Assembly (NCBI GenBank): GCA_963815615.1
Contig: CAWFHF010000006.1
Span: forward strand, 135,870 to 199,869
From: an uncultured Actinomycetota bacterium
Lineage (GTDB): Bacteria > Actinomycetota > Actinomycetes > Mycobacteriales > SCTD01
Direction of reading: 5' to 3'
Length of the DNA: 64,000 bases
Below the pieces are notes generated by a model, which saw only the letters and a list, made by a program, of their open reading frames with translations, was not told the DNA's origin and ran no database searches. The translations under genes and the position numbers were made by a program. Below, one piece after another: positions 1 to 10,674 of the stretch (position 1 is the stretch's first letter; every line of letters starts with the position of its first letter).

Positions 1-1298
1 GCTCCTCGCGGTGCTGCCGCGGGCCGGCCCGCCGGGCGGCACCTCGTGCTGCTCGTCCTGGTGGTCGTGCTCTACTCGTCCGCCGGGCATCTACCGCAGC
101 CGGCTCGGCGCTGTCGGCCCTGGACGACCTGCCGGCGCTCGTCGGGCCGCGCGCTGGCCGCGGCCGCCGTCGCCGCCAGCGCTCGCCCTGCTCGTCGACC
201 CGACGCTCGCGGGCGCCGGCCTGCTCGGCGACGGCCGCTGCTGCTGGCGGTGCTCGTCGTGCGTGCTGCGCGGCCTCGGCCTACGCGGTCGTCCGCCGGT
301 TCCGCGGCGCGCGGCTGGGTCGCCCACCCCACGCTGGTGCTGGGCGCCGGTCGGGTCGGCGGGCAGGTCGCGACGCTGCTGCATGGACCACCCGGCGTAC
401 GGGCTGCGCGCCCGTCGGCTTCCTCGACGACGACCCCCTGCTCGCCGCGCGAGCGAGCGGCCGGTGCCCGCTGCTCGGCGGGCCACGGTCGACCTCGCCG
501 CGGTCATCGTGGAGTTCGGCGTCCGCGACGTCATCGTCGCCTTCGGGTCGATGCCGGAGTCGCAGATGGTCGACGTCATCCGCACCTGCGACCGGCTGGA
601 CGTCGAGATCTTCTTCGTGCCGCGGCTGTTCGAGCTGCACCACACGCAGCCGCGACATGGACCAGGTGTGGGGCCTGCCGCTGGTGCGGCTGCGCCGGGC
701 GGCCTTCCGCATCGCCCGCCTGGCGGCTCAAGCGGCTGCTGGACGTCGTCGTCTCCGCGGTCGCGCTGGTCGTCCTGGCGCCCGCTGCTGGCCGCTGATC
801 GCGCTCGCGGTGCGGCTCGAGGGCGGCCCGGGCGTGCTCTTCCGCCAGGAGCGGGTCGGGCTGGACGGCCGGCCGTTCGACGGTGCTGAAGTTCCGCTCG
901 CTGCGCCCGGTCGACGACGCCGAGTCGCAGACCGAGTGGAACATCGCGCACGACGACCGGCTCGGGCCCGGTCGGGCGGTTCCTGCGCCGGACCCGCCTG
1001 GACGAGCTGCCGCAGCTGTGGAACATCCTGCGCGGCGACATGACGCTGGTCGGCCCGCGCCCGGAGCGGCCGCACTTCGTCGAGCCAGTTCGCGCGCGAC
1101 GTTCCCGCGCTACACCGCGCGGCACCGGGTGCCCGCCGGGCTGACCGGCTGGGCGCAGGTGCACGGGCTGCGCGGCGACACCTCCATCGAGGACCGGGCC
1201 CGCTTCGACAACTACTACATCGAGAACTGGTCGCTCTGGCTCGACGTCAAGATCATGCTGCGGACGGTGACCGCGGTGCTGCGCCGCACCGGGCCTGA
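1..1298 (+). pseudogene. Initiating polyprenyl-phosphate sugar phosphotransferase (bacterial sugar transferase, WbaP/EpsB-like); 5' end off-window; at least 6 frame breaks
   Basis: Family motifs are split over all three + frames. VDLAAVIVEFGVRDVIVAFG..FFVPRLFEL is in ORF 11..889, RLKRLLDVVVSAVALVVLAP in 46..798, and [26 protein letters not shown] in 657..1043. [16 protein letters not shown] and [45 protein letters not shown] are in 883..1731. [26 protein letters not shown] was read by eye at about 980-1075. TGA 1296-1298 is reached after one more shift. Confidence 0.85.
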
Positions 1299-1311
1299 GC
1301 TGCAGCTCAGG
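1294..1311. terminator. Perfect 18-bp palindrome CCTGAGCTGCAGCTCAGG containing the stop codons of both convergent genes; candidate bidirectional terminator
   Basis: Read directly. TGA at 1296-1298 on + and TCA (=TGA) at 1307-1309 on -. No U-tract. Confidence 0.35.
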
Positions 1312-3245
1312 GAGCGGCACGGGCTCGTACCAGAACCTGCGCACGGCGGCGGCTCGACCGCCCGCGGCCAGCCGCCCCGTGCCGGGCCGGCATCGACGTC
1401 CGACGCACGCCGCGTCGAGCGGCGACCGCCCCGTCAGCGGCTGCGGTGTCCGGGCGGCGCGACAGCTCGGGCGCCGTCCGGCCGGCCGACGCGCACGTCG
1501 AGGCCGGCGTCGACGGCGAGCGGCTGGGGCACGAGCGCGAGCGCGGTAGCGGCCGTCCGACCAGCGGCAGCCGGTAGCGCAGGGTCCAGCTCGACCGTCG
1601 TCGCCGGGCGGCAGGGAGACGACGTCGGTGAGCACGCGGTGGTCGCCCTCGGGGCAGGGGCTCGCGCCACCGCCGCTGCCGGTCACGCCGGAACACCGGT
1701 CCGTCGGCCCGCGCGGGCAGGGCCAGCGTGACGAGGTTGAGCGATGGTCCCCGGGTCGCACTCGCCGGCGACGTAGAGCGGCAGGCCCGCGCCGGCGCCG
1801 TGTTGCGCAGCTGCACCGCCTGGGTGACGTCCGCGGTGCGCGTCGTCCAGCACGGCCGTCACCTGGACGAGCCGGCGCGCCGTAGTAGTCGAGCTTGTTG
1901 CCCTCGCCGTCCCCGCCGCCGAGGTTGTGCACGGCCACGGCGCCGAGGTCGCCCGCCCCGGGGCCGACCGCGCCCGGCGAGCCCGGCATCGACCCAGGGC
2001 GGCCTGCTCTGCGGGTCGCGCCGACCACAGCGCCAGGTGCGGCCCGCGCGCCGGCTTCGCGCCAGGGCCGGGCGCCAGCCGGGTGACGTCGGGGCTGCCT
2101 CAGCAGCCGCTCCACGACGGTGTCGGCCGCGGCCGCAGCGCCTGCCCGGCGCAGGCCCTGGCTGCGCGCGTCGTCGCCGGCTCCCGCGTAGGCGTCCGAG
2201 AGCAGCGCTCGACGGCGGTCGTCCCGGCGAGCACGGTCCCGTCGGGCAGGCTCGCCGGTGCCGTGGCGCCGAGGACGGCGGCGATGGCCCGCATGTCGAG
2301 CCAGATGACGCGTCCCGCGGGCGGCAGGCTCACCGCGGCCACCGCGGCGAGCACCTGCGACCAGGTCGGGACGTCCGGCGTCATGTTGACGTTCTTCCAC
2401 AGCGTCGTGTCGGCGAGGAAGGGCGCCCCAGAGGCGCTCGGTAGTCGGGCGGGGCGGGACGCGCCGCGCGCGGCCGGGCTCCGTCGGCGACGTCCTCGAC
2501 GTCGCGGAACGCCTGCAGCTCCACGGCGCCGCGCGGGCGTCGGCCTCGGCGAAGACGTCACCAGGCCGCCCGTGCCCCGCAGCTCGGCGTTGTTCTGCAG
2601 CAGGACGAGCAGCGGCGCTCGCCGTCGCCGCCGGCCAGCCCGCGCAGCGCCAGCACCGCGTGCGCGGCCTCGCGCAGCTGCCGCGGCACGCCGTCCACCT
2701 GCGCCCTCGCGTCGCGCACCCCCCTCCGCCAGCACGCGCGGCACCAGCGTCGTGGGGGCGTCGGCCAGCTCGCTGACCGGGGACTGCGTGCGGTCGGCGG
2801 CCCGGCGCAGGGCCCTGCTCACCCGTTCGAGCCCGGCGGGGTCCAGCCGGCCGTCCTGCACGACGGGGTCGCCGTCCTGCAGGGCGTCCAGGACGTCGCC
2901 GCCGGCGACGGCGACGGCGAGCGCGGCGGCGGTCGCCCGCCGGGCGGTGTCGTCCGGGGTGCGGCCCAGCAGGGGGACGCGGGCGGCGAGCGCCGGACCG
3001 GGGGCGGAGAGGCGGGCGTCGGCCCGGCGCAGGGCGCGCTGCGCGGTCGTCAGGTCCCGGCGGGCGTCGTCGAGGCCCTCGGCGGTGGACGCCCGGCGCA
3101 GCGCCGCCTCCGCGTCGGCCAGGTCGCCGCGCGCACGGAGCAGGGCCAGCGCCGCCCAGACCAGGGCGACCAGCAGCACGACAGCGCCGACGGCGAGCCC
3201 CCGACGCAGGACCAGCCGGGCGGATCGCACAGCGGAGTGTGTCAC
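1307..3245 (-). pseudogene. DUF4012-domain membrane protein (polysaccharide-locus associated), several frame breaks
   Basis: TM helix LAVGAVVLLVALVWAALALL, then hallmark LLVLLQNNAELRGTGGL and FLADTTLWKNVNMTPDVPTW, all in ORF 2100..3638. Later pieces ALLSDAYAGAGDD and AVHNLGGGDGEGNKLDYY lie in the 91..4272 frame; [15 protein letters not shown] lies in 1307..1816. The GTG start at 3245 is a guess and could be as far up as 3638. Confidence 0.7.
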
Positions 3246-3547
3246 CGGGCCGGCCCGCACAGCAGCGCGCCGCCCCGACCGGTGGTCGAGGCGGCGCGCA
3301 GGAGCGGTGGGCGGGAGGGTCAGCGCCCTGCCAGGCGGGTCCGGGGGCGGGTCGTCGTGGCCCACGCTCTTGGCGCGACGGGCGCCTGTGGTGACCACGG
3401 CCTTGCGGACGGGCGTCAGCCGGCTGGTCGCCTTGGTGGTGGGGGACGGACCGGGTCCGCGGCGCTGGCCGGCCGGGGCCGCGGCGCTCACCGTCGCCGG
3501 CGCGGCGACCGGGCCGATGAAGGGTGCCGTCGTCGTGGTGCCCGCGG

Positions 3548-4883
3548 TCACGACGGCCCGGGGGCAGCGGGGGCGGCGGCTGCGGGGGCAGCGGGGGTGG
3601 CGGCAGGGGGTGGTGGCGGTGGTGGCGGGTGCGGCCACCCGGGCGGCGGTCGTGGCAGCGGCAGCCAGGGGGGCGGGGCGGCGGCCCGGGGCAGCGACCG
3701 GGCCGCTGACGACGGGAGGCGGCGGCGGGGGCAGCGGCGGCCGGAGCAGCGGCAGCGGGAGCAGCGGCGACGGGAGCGGCGGCAGCGGGAGCAGCAGCGG
3801 CGGGAGCGACGCTCACGGGAGCGGCGGCCGGAGCGGTGGTGACCGGGGCAGCGACGGCGCGGTCGGGGGTGACCGGGGTGGTGGCCGCGGGAGCGGTGCC
3901 GAAGTGCGCCTTGTAGGCGGCGGCGGCCTTCGGGAAGTTGCTCAGCAGGTGGTCGCCGTCCTGGGCCGTGACGTTGAAGTAGGTCTCGTACAGCACGTGG
4001 TGGGAAGTCCACCCACCCGCAGGAAGTTCGTGATGAACAGCGGGTTGTCGCCGCCGCCGCCGCCGTTCTGGCCGGACGTCTCCCACAGGCCCCACTCGGG
4101 GAAGCCGAAGGGCTTGTCGCCGTGGCGCGCGGCGAAGTCCGCCCACCAGTCCAGCCCGTAGGTGCCGCCCTGCACGGCCGCCCAGCGCTGAGCCGGCGTG
4201 GCGGTGCTGTTGCCCCAGAGGCTGTCGTAGACGTCCAGGCCGATGACGTCGACGTACGCGTCGCCCGGCCACGCCGCGTTGGGCTTGGCCCCCCAGCTGC
4301 CCGCGCCGAGGGTGGGGTTGTACTCGAAGGAGAAGCGGGCGCCGGGGACCGCGCGCATGGTGGTGACGATGCGGCGGAAGTAGGCGGCGAACTCGGCCTC
4401 GTGGCCGATGATGCTCCAGGGGAACCAGTCGCCGTTCATCTCCCAGCCGAGCCGCAGGACGGCGTCGTCGTGGCCGGCGGCCACGAGGTTGCGGCCGAGC
4501 GCGGCGAAGTGCTGGTCGTAGCTGCCGGCGATGCCGGCGGCGAACGTGGTGCTGCCCTTGGCGCCCGGCAGGACCGGCACACCGAGCACCAGGCGGTCCA
4601 CCTTTCCGGCCGAGGCTCCGAGCAGCCAGCCCGGCCCCTGCACGCCGGCCCAGTCGTCGCCGGGGAGGAAGTCGCCGGCCACGGGGACGGCCTGGCCGCG
4701 CCAGGCGCCGAAGGACTGCGCCTGGCTGACCTTCACGCCGCCGGAGTAGACGCCGGACAGGGCGCGGTCGGCGGTGGCGGCCGAGGCCGGCGCGGCGGCG
4801 CCGACGAGCCCCCCGACGAGGCCGACCGTGAGGCCGAGGGCGGCAGCAGCACGCGCGAGCAGGCGGGGGCGAGCAGCAGACAT
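3548..4883 (-). pseudogene. Secreted GH26-like glycoside hydrolase (paralogue 1) with Pro/Ala-rich C-terminal tail; frame break near 4010
   Basis: ORF 3942..4883 has signal peptide MSAARPRLLARAAAALGLTVGLVGGLVGAAAPASA, then LRLGWEMNGDWFPW and FGFPEWGLWE. The C-terminus WTSHHVLYETYFNV..KAAAAYKAHFG plus the (PAAAA)n tail continues in the 91..4272 frame. The 3' end is uncertain. Confidence 0.75.
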
Positions 4884-5091
4884 GGGGGTCCTGACCCTTC
4901 CGGGGAACTCAGGGTCCCGACCGGTTTCGGATGCCTGGCGGGGTCCCGAGGGACCTCCATAGCTCTGCGTCCCCGCCTCACGACGGGTTTGCCATTGTCG
5001 ACCGGTCCTGCTGGTGGGTGTTCCTTGCTACTGACTGGGTTGGGCCGAAGCGGACATCACTGACTACTCCCATCGGGTGACCAGGCCGCGG

Positions 5092-6574
5092 TCACGCTCC
5101 GCTCACGCGCCGGTCGAGCTCCCACCGCTGGACTACGACGCCGCGCAGGACCTGCTCCGAAGCCAGCCGGTGGGCCCGGCCCAGCGCGTCCAGCACGGCG
5201 GTCACGTCCGGGTCGGCCTCGCCGTAGAGGCCGACGTGGCTCACCACGAGGTGGACGACCGGGGCGTCGCGGACGGCAGCCGCGACGTCGTCCTCGGGCA
5301 GCGGCACGTAGAAGAACAGGTCGGCGAGGTCGGCGCCCCACGGAACAGCGCCGGGAGCGCGGGGCGGCGCCGGCGGAGGTGGCGCGGCGTAGCGCGCGAA
5401 CGGCAGCCGGACGTACGGGGCCACGAACAGGACGCGGTCGGCAGGGCCCGCCCCGGCGGTCACCGCGGCCACGGCCCCGGGCCAGTCCTCGTCCTGGGTG
5501 CGCACGTACGCCAGGCCTGCCAGCAGGCCGAGGACGACGCCTGCGGCGGTCAGGGGGACCAGGGCACGTCGCCAGGGCAGCCGGTCCAGCACCGCCGCGA
5601 GGGCCAGCACGGCAGGAGGGACGCAGACCACGAGGTAGCGGGGGGCCAGCACCGGCTGCTTCAGCGCGGAGACGGCGACGGCCAGGGCGACGGGGACGAG
5701 CAGCCAGCACGTCACCAGCACCGCGGGCCAGTGCTCGGGAGCCGCCCGCAGGGGCAGGGGACGACCCTGGGCCCGCCGGCGCAGCGCCAGTGCCGCGACG
5801 ACGGTCAGGCCGAGGACGGCGACCACCGGGGCCCCCACCAGGAGGGCGCGCGCGAAGGGGGAGCCGTCGAGGTAGCCGACGCCGCTGGCGGCCTCGTCGG
5901 TCATCAGCCGGGGCAGCCCGGAGACCACGCCGACGTACAGCACCGCCGCGGGGGCGACATGGCGCGCCCCGCACCCCCGTGCCGCGCACGAGCAGCACGG
6001 CGCAGGCGTGGGACGGCGTCATCAGCAGCGCGAAGTAGTGCGCGTACACCTGCGACGCCGGCGACCAGCGCGTACGCGATGAAGGCGGCGGCCGTCGGGC
6101 GGCGGACGGCGCGGTCGAGCAGCAGCCCGGAGGCCACCGCCAGCGCCAGCAGCAGGGCGTAGCTGCGGGCCTCCACCGCGTGGGGCACCGTGACGGGGTT
6201 GCTGACGAGCAGGAGCGGCGCCACGAGGGCCGCTCGGCGGGGCAGCAGCCGTGCGGCCAGCACCGCGAGCAGGGCGACGGCGACGGCAGTGGCCGGCGGG
6301 GAGAACACGCAGGCCGAGGTCGCCGTCGGCGAGGTGCCGCCATCCGCGCAGGAGCACGGTGTGGAGCAGCCCGTTGCCCTCCCGGTCGAGCAGCACGCGG
6401 CGGAACGACGGCGCCGGCAGGCCGGCCAGGGTCGCGCTGGCCGCCTCGTCCAGCCACAGGGGCCGACGGCCCGCGAGGCCGGCCAGCGAGCAGGAGCAGG
6501 GCCGCGCAGAGACCGAGCACGGCGCGGGGCAGCGCCGGGGTGCCGGGGAGCGCCGTACCGGTGCGTGCGGTCAC
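5092..6574 (-). pseudogene. Polytopic membrane glycosyl/mannosyltransferase, GT39/ArnT-like (GT-C); at least 3 frame breaks
   Basis: N-terminus VTARTGTALPG..AVLGLCAALLLLAG is in ORF 5057..6697 and LLDREGNGLLHTVLLRGW in 6022..6396. TM block VFSPPATAVAVALLAVLAARLL..VEARSYALLLALAVASGLLLDR is in 5904..7931, QVYAHYFALLMTP in 5057..6697, and the intact C-terminal 283 aa in 5092..5943. The GTG at 6574 forms a GTGA overlap. Confidence 0.65.
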
Positions 6575-7972
6575 CTGGTCGCGCGGGCCCGCTTCTCGCG
6601 CGCGGGAGCGCGGGGCGCGCCCGTCCGTGCGGGGCGGCAGCGGCGCGCGCTTCTGGGGTGCCGCGGACGGGACCGGGGTGTCGGCGTCGTAGTACACATC
6701 CTCCTCGCCGCCGGCCCAGCTTGACCCGGGTCAGGACCACCCCGACGACGACGACGTCCGCCGCGCGCAGGCGCGCCACCGCCTTCTCGAGCTCGGCGAC
6801 GTCCAGGCGACGGGCGTCGGCCACGAGCAGGGTGCGCTCCGCCAGGGTGAGGACGCGCAGGGTCTCGGCGACGGACTCCAGGGGGGCGTGTCGACGAGGG
6901 CGAAGGCCTTGCGCGTCCTGGCGGCGGCGAGGGCGCGCGGCAGGGCGGCGTCGAGAACCTCGAGCGGGTGCCGGTCGGGCACGCCCGCGCTCAGCAGCCT
7001 CAGCGTGGGCTCGTCCGTGCGCTGCAGCAGCCCCGCCGGCTCGAGGACGGCCGCCTCCGCGAGGCCCGGGGTCAGGGCCGCCTCGAACTGCGTGTGCTGC
7101 GTGGGACGGCGCAGGTCGGCGTCGACCAGGACCACCTGCTGGCCGGCGACGGCCAGGGCCTGCACGAGGGCGGCGCTGAGCGAGGACTTCCCCTCGCTGG
7201 CGTGCACGCGAGGTGACGGCCAACGACTGGTCGGCGCCGGTGGCCCCCGCGCCCTCGAGGCCGATGCGCACCCGCTGCAGCGCCTCGACGAAGCGGGTGT
7301 CCGCCTGGTTGCGCAGCGTGGTCCCGCGACCCAGGCGCAGGCGCGGCAGCTCGCCGAGGACGGGGACGCCGGTGCGGCTGGGCACCACGTCGGCCAGCTC
7401 GGCCCGCGTGGACAGGGCACGGGCGAGCAGCGCCGCCGCGAGCCCGGCGAGGGCGGACAGGACGAGGCCGCCGAGCAGCGCGCGGCGGCACGGGGAGGGC
7501 CCGACGGCACGGTGGGCGTCACGGCGTCGTCGAGCACGGTCAGGCGCAGGCCGGCCAGGTCCCGCGCCTGCTTCACGCGCAGGGCGAACGAGGCGGCGTT
7601 CGCGAAGCGCGCCGCGGCGTCCTGCCGGGCCGAGGTCGCGGTGATGGTGAGCAGTCCCGTGCCGGGCTCGGCGCGCGCCTCGATCTCCACGTCGGCGTCC
7701 GCGAGGTCCGAGGGCAGCGAGCCGCGGACGAGCGCGTCGTTGGCCTCGCTCGTGGCGTAGGCCGCCAGGGTGGGCACGAGCACCGAGACGGCGGACGAGT
7801 AGCTGGCGACGTCGGTGGCGTCGGCAGGCTTGGCGATGACCGTGGCGGTGGCGGTGTACCGGTCGGCGGGCAGTGCGGCCGCCGCGACGGCCAGCAGCAG
7901 GACCAGCGTGCTCGCCAGCAGCGCCGCCCAACGGTGACGCCGCAGGGCGGAGAGCAGGTCGTCCAGAGTCAC
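6571..7972 (-). pseudogene. Polysaccharide chain-length determinant (Wzz) fused to BY-type tyrosine kinase; at least 3 frame breaks
   Basis: VTLDDLLSALRRHRWAALLASTLVLLLAV (Wzz N-terminus). Walker A is SEGKSSLSAALVQALA, Walker A' is VVLVDADLRRP and Walker B is FALVDTPP, all in ORF 6731..8431. The second TM and LAVTS, then LRVLTLAERTLLVADARRLDVAEL..VVGVVLTRV, lie in 5904..7931. An acidic YY tail (EEDVYYDADT) is present. The GTG at 7972 overlaps the wzy stop (GTGA). The 3' end is inferred. Confidence 0.75.
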
Positions 7973-9379
7973 GTGCGTCCCTCGGTCTGGGTCCGGGCTC
8001 CCGGGCGGGCCGCGGAGGTGCTGTCCGAGGAGTCTTCGGCAGCCAGGGCGCTGTCCGGGTCGAGCGCCAGCGCGAGTCCGGCGAGGAGCCCGAGCAGGAC
8101 GGCCAGCCGGTACTTCTCCAGCAGCGACTCCACCATGCCCTTGGTGACCCAGGCCAGGAGGCCGGCGGTGACGGCGGCGGCCAGCCCCACCAGGGCGGCC
8201 GAGGAGGGGCGCCGGAGGCGGCCGGCGCAGGCCAGGCAGGTGCTCGTCAGGGCCGCGCCGAACAGCAGGACCCCGACCAGCCCGGTCCGCAGCAGGAGGT
8301 CTCCGGCCACGTTGTGGGTGAGTCCCGAGCTGATGAACTCGCGGGGCCCCGGCTCGTAGTAGTCGTACCGGTAGCCCAGCCCGTGACCCTGCAGCGGTGC
8401 CTCCGCGAGCAGTGGGCGCACCTCGCGCCACTGGTTGAGGCGGCCCTGCGCGGCAGCTGCTTGCCCCGGCTGTCGATCGCCTCGCTGACGCTCGCCACGA
8501 GGGGGAGGTCGTCCGGCGCCTCGCCGGCGAGCGTCGCCACCAGCGTGGGCACGGTGAACAGCGTGGCCGTGACGAGCAGGACGATCACGACGTCGCCCCC
8601 GCGGGGCAGGACGGCGCTGCCGCCGCGGACCAGCAGGACGGCGGCCACCAGCAGCCCGGCGAGCATGCCGAGCAGGGCGGCGCGCTGGCCGGCTGCCGTC
8701 GGCGTCAGGAGCAGGGCGACGGCCGCCACGAGCATCGCCGTCCGGCCGCTGCCCGCCGTGAGGGCGCGGACCAGCGCCACCAGGCCGAGCGACGCCGCGG
8801 CGGTGGCCAGGTCCGCCCCGATGCCGCCGGTGTCCAGCAGCGGCAGGAGCGGCACGGCGGCGTCGGTGAGCAGGCCGGCCTGGCTGGTCACGAGCAGCAG
8901 CCCCGCACCGGCGCCGGACCAGAGCAGGAAGCGGTCCAGGACCCGCTGCCCCACTCGGAGGGGCGCACGCCGGAGGCCACGCAGAGCACGCCCAGGTAGG
9001 CCACGGCCTTGCCCTGGTAGACGATCTCGGTGGGGTCGTTGCCGACGAGGACGCCGCGCACGCCGGCGGCGGCGTACCAGACGAGGAAGGCCGCCCAGCA
9101 CAGCGCGGGCACCGACATCGAGGTGGGCATCCCGCGCCCCACGACCCGGGCGGCGAGCGCGGCCAGGACGACGACGTCGAGCAGGCGGAAGTTCGTCGCG
9201 CCGAGGTCGGGGTGGAACAGGCCGGCGGGCACCGTGTTCGGGTCGGGCCAGACGGCCGAGTCGACCAGCACCGTGCCGAGCACCCACAGCACGACGCCGA
9301 GGGTGCGGCCGGTGCGCTCGAGGTGGACGAAGCGCAGGAACAGCCCGAGCGCGAGGGCGAGCGCCAGAGCGGCGGCCAC
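7969..9379 (-). pseudogene. wzy: O-antigen ligase/polymerase family membrane protein (Wzy-like); 2 frame breaks
   Basis: The N-terminal TM region is ORF 8888..9379 and the middle TM block is in 8247..10316. The C-terminus, with QGHGLGYRYDYY..SSGLTHNVAGDLLLRTGLVGVLLF, is in 7969..10215. Confidence 0.7.
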
Positions 9380-9465
9380 GCTGCACCCCCCTGCGACCCG
9401 GCACGGCGGCGCCGCGACGGGGCGAGCGTACGGCCGGCCCGGGGCGTCCGCGGCGTTGTGGCACC

Positions 9466-10673
9466 GTGCGTCCGGTGACCCGTCGACCTGCCCAGCGCGC
9501 TGCGGCCGCCGCCCAGCTGCTGCTGTGGCCGGGCCTGGTGCACCTGGCCGCGGTCACGGTGGCGGGCGCGCTGCCGACGCCGCCGCCGCCGAGGCCGGGG
9601 CGCGGCGGGACGCTGCGCCTGGTCGTCGTGGTGCCGGCGCACGACGAGCAGGAGGGGCTGCCAGCGACACTGCGCTCCCTCGCCGCGGCGGCGCCCACGC
9701 GGGGCGGCACCTCCGTGCTCGTCGTCGCCGACCACTGCACCGACGGCACCGCCGACGTCGCCCGGGCGGCCGGCGTCCGGGTGCTGGAGCGCGACGGGGG
9801 GTCGGGCGGCGGCAAGGGCGCGGCCCTGGCCGAGGCCTTCGCGCTGCTGCTCGACGGGCCGGAGCCGCCGGACGCCGTCGCGGTGGTCGACGCCGACACC
9901 GAGGTCGACCACGGCTTCTGGCTCCTGGCCGAGCAGCGCCTGCTGGCGGGCGCCGACGTGGTCCAGGGGCGGTACCTGGCCGCGGAGCCCGTGCGGCGCA
10001 CGGTGGTGGCCTCGCTGGCGCAGGCGGCCGCGGCGTGCCAGTCCGTCCTGCGCCCGCGCGGGCGGGCGCGGCTGGGGGCGGCCGCGAAGCTGCAGGGCAA
10101 CGGCATGGTCTTCACCGCCGAGGTCCTGCGCGAGGTGCCGTGGGAGGCGTTCGGCGTCGCGGAGGACGTCGAGCACTGGTTCCGGCTGCTCCGTGCGGGG
10201 GTCCGCCCGGTGCACGAGCCGTCGGCGGGGGTGCGGGGCGCGATGCCCGAGGACCTCGCGGCCGCCCGGGTGCAGCGCACGCGGTGGGAGCAGGGTCGGG
10301 CGGCGGTGTCGCGCACCCCGCGCGCTCCGGGCTCGTCCAGGCCGCGCGCACCCGCGACCCCGTGCTGGCCGAGGCCGTCCTGTCCGAGCTCGTCCTGCCG
10401 CCGCTGGCCCTGCTCGGCGCGTGGGCGGCCGGTGCGGGCGCCGTGAGGGTGGTGTCAGCCGTTCCCGGCGGCCGACGCCGTGCGGCTCGGACGGCGTCCG
10501 TCCAGCTGGGGGTGCTCGCCGTGCACGTCCTGACGGCGCTGCGCGTCGCCGGTGCCCCGCCCCGCGACTACGCCGCCCTGGTCGCCGCCCCCGCCGTGGT
10601 CGGGTGGAAGGTGCTGGTCAAGGTGCGCTCGGTGGTGCGCCCCTCGACGGGGTGGGACCGCACGCCGCGCTGA
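9466..10673 (+). pseudogene. Family 2 glycosyltransferase with C-terminal TM segments; one frame break near 10310
   Basis: LRLVVVVPAHDEQEGL..VLVVADHCTDGT..AVAVVDADT..QGNGMVF..QRTRWEQG is in ORF 7873..10446. The TM tail ending at 10673 is in ORF 9030..10673. Start is GTG 9466 or 9475. Confidence 0.8.
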
Positions 10674-10674
10674 C

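Noticed and set aside
91-4272. 1393-aa ORF on the minus strand, the longest in the track
   Set aside because: The composition is overwhelmingly Arg/Pro/Gly/Ala low-complexity, typical of off-frame reading in 74% GC DNA. Only short stretches are real coding pieces: the GH26 C-terminus near 3700-4010 and DUF4012 fragments near 1850-2250. Those belong to other, frame-broken genes.
4884-5091. Assignment of the GH26 leader to the ydaO/c-di-AMP riboswitch class (CCGAAACCGGUC and GGGGACGCA resemble CCGAAnCCGnC and GGGGAnCCA)
   Set aside because: The ACGGGGUGAAUC and CGCUnAAUC core blocks are absent and the pseudo-twofold architecture could not be built by eye. I kept it only as an unassigned structured leader.
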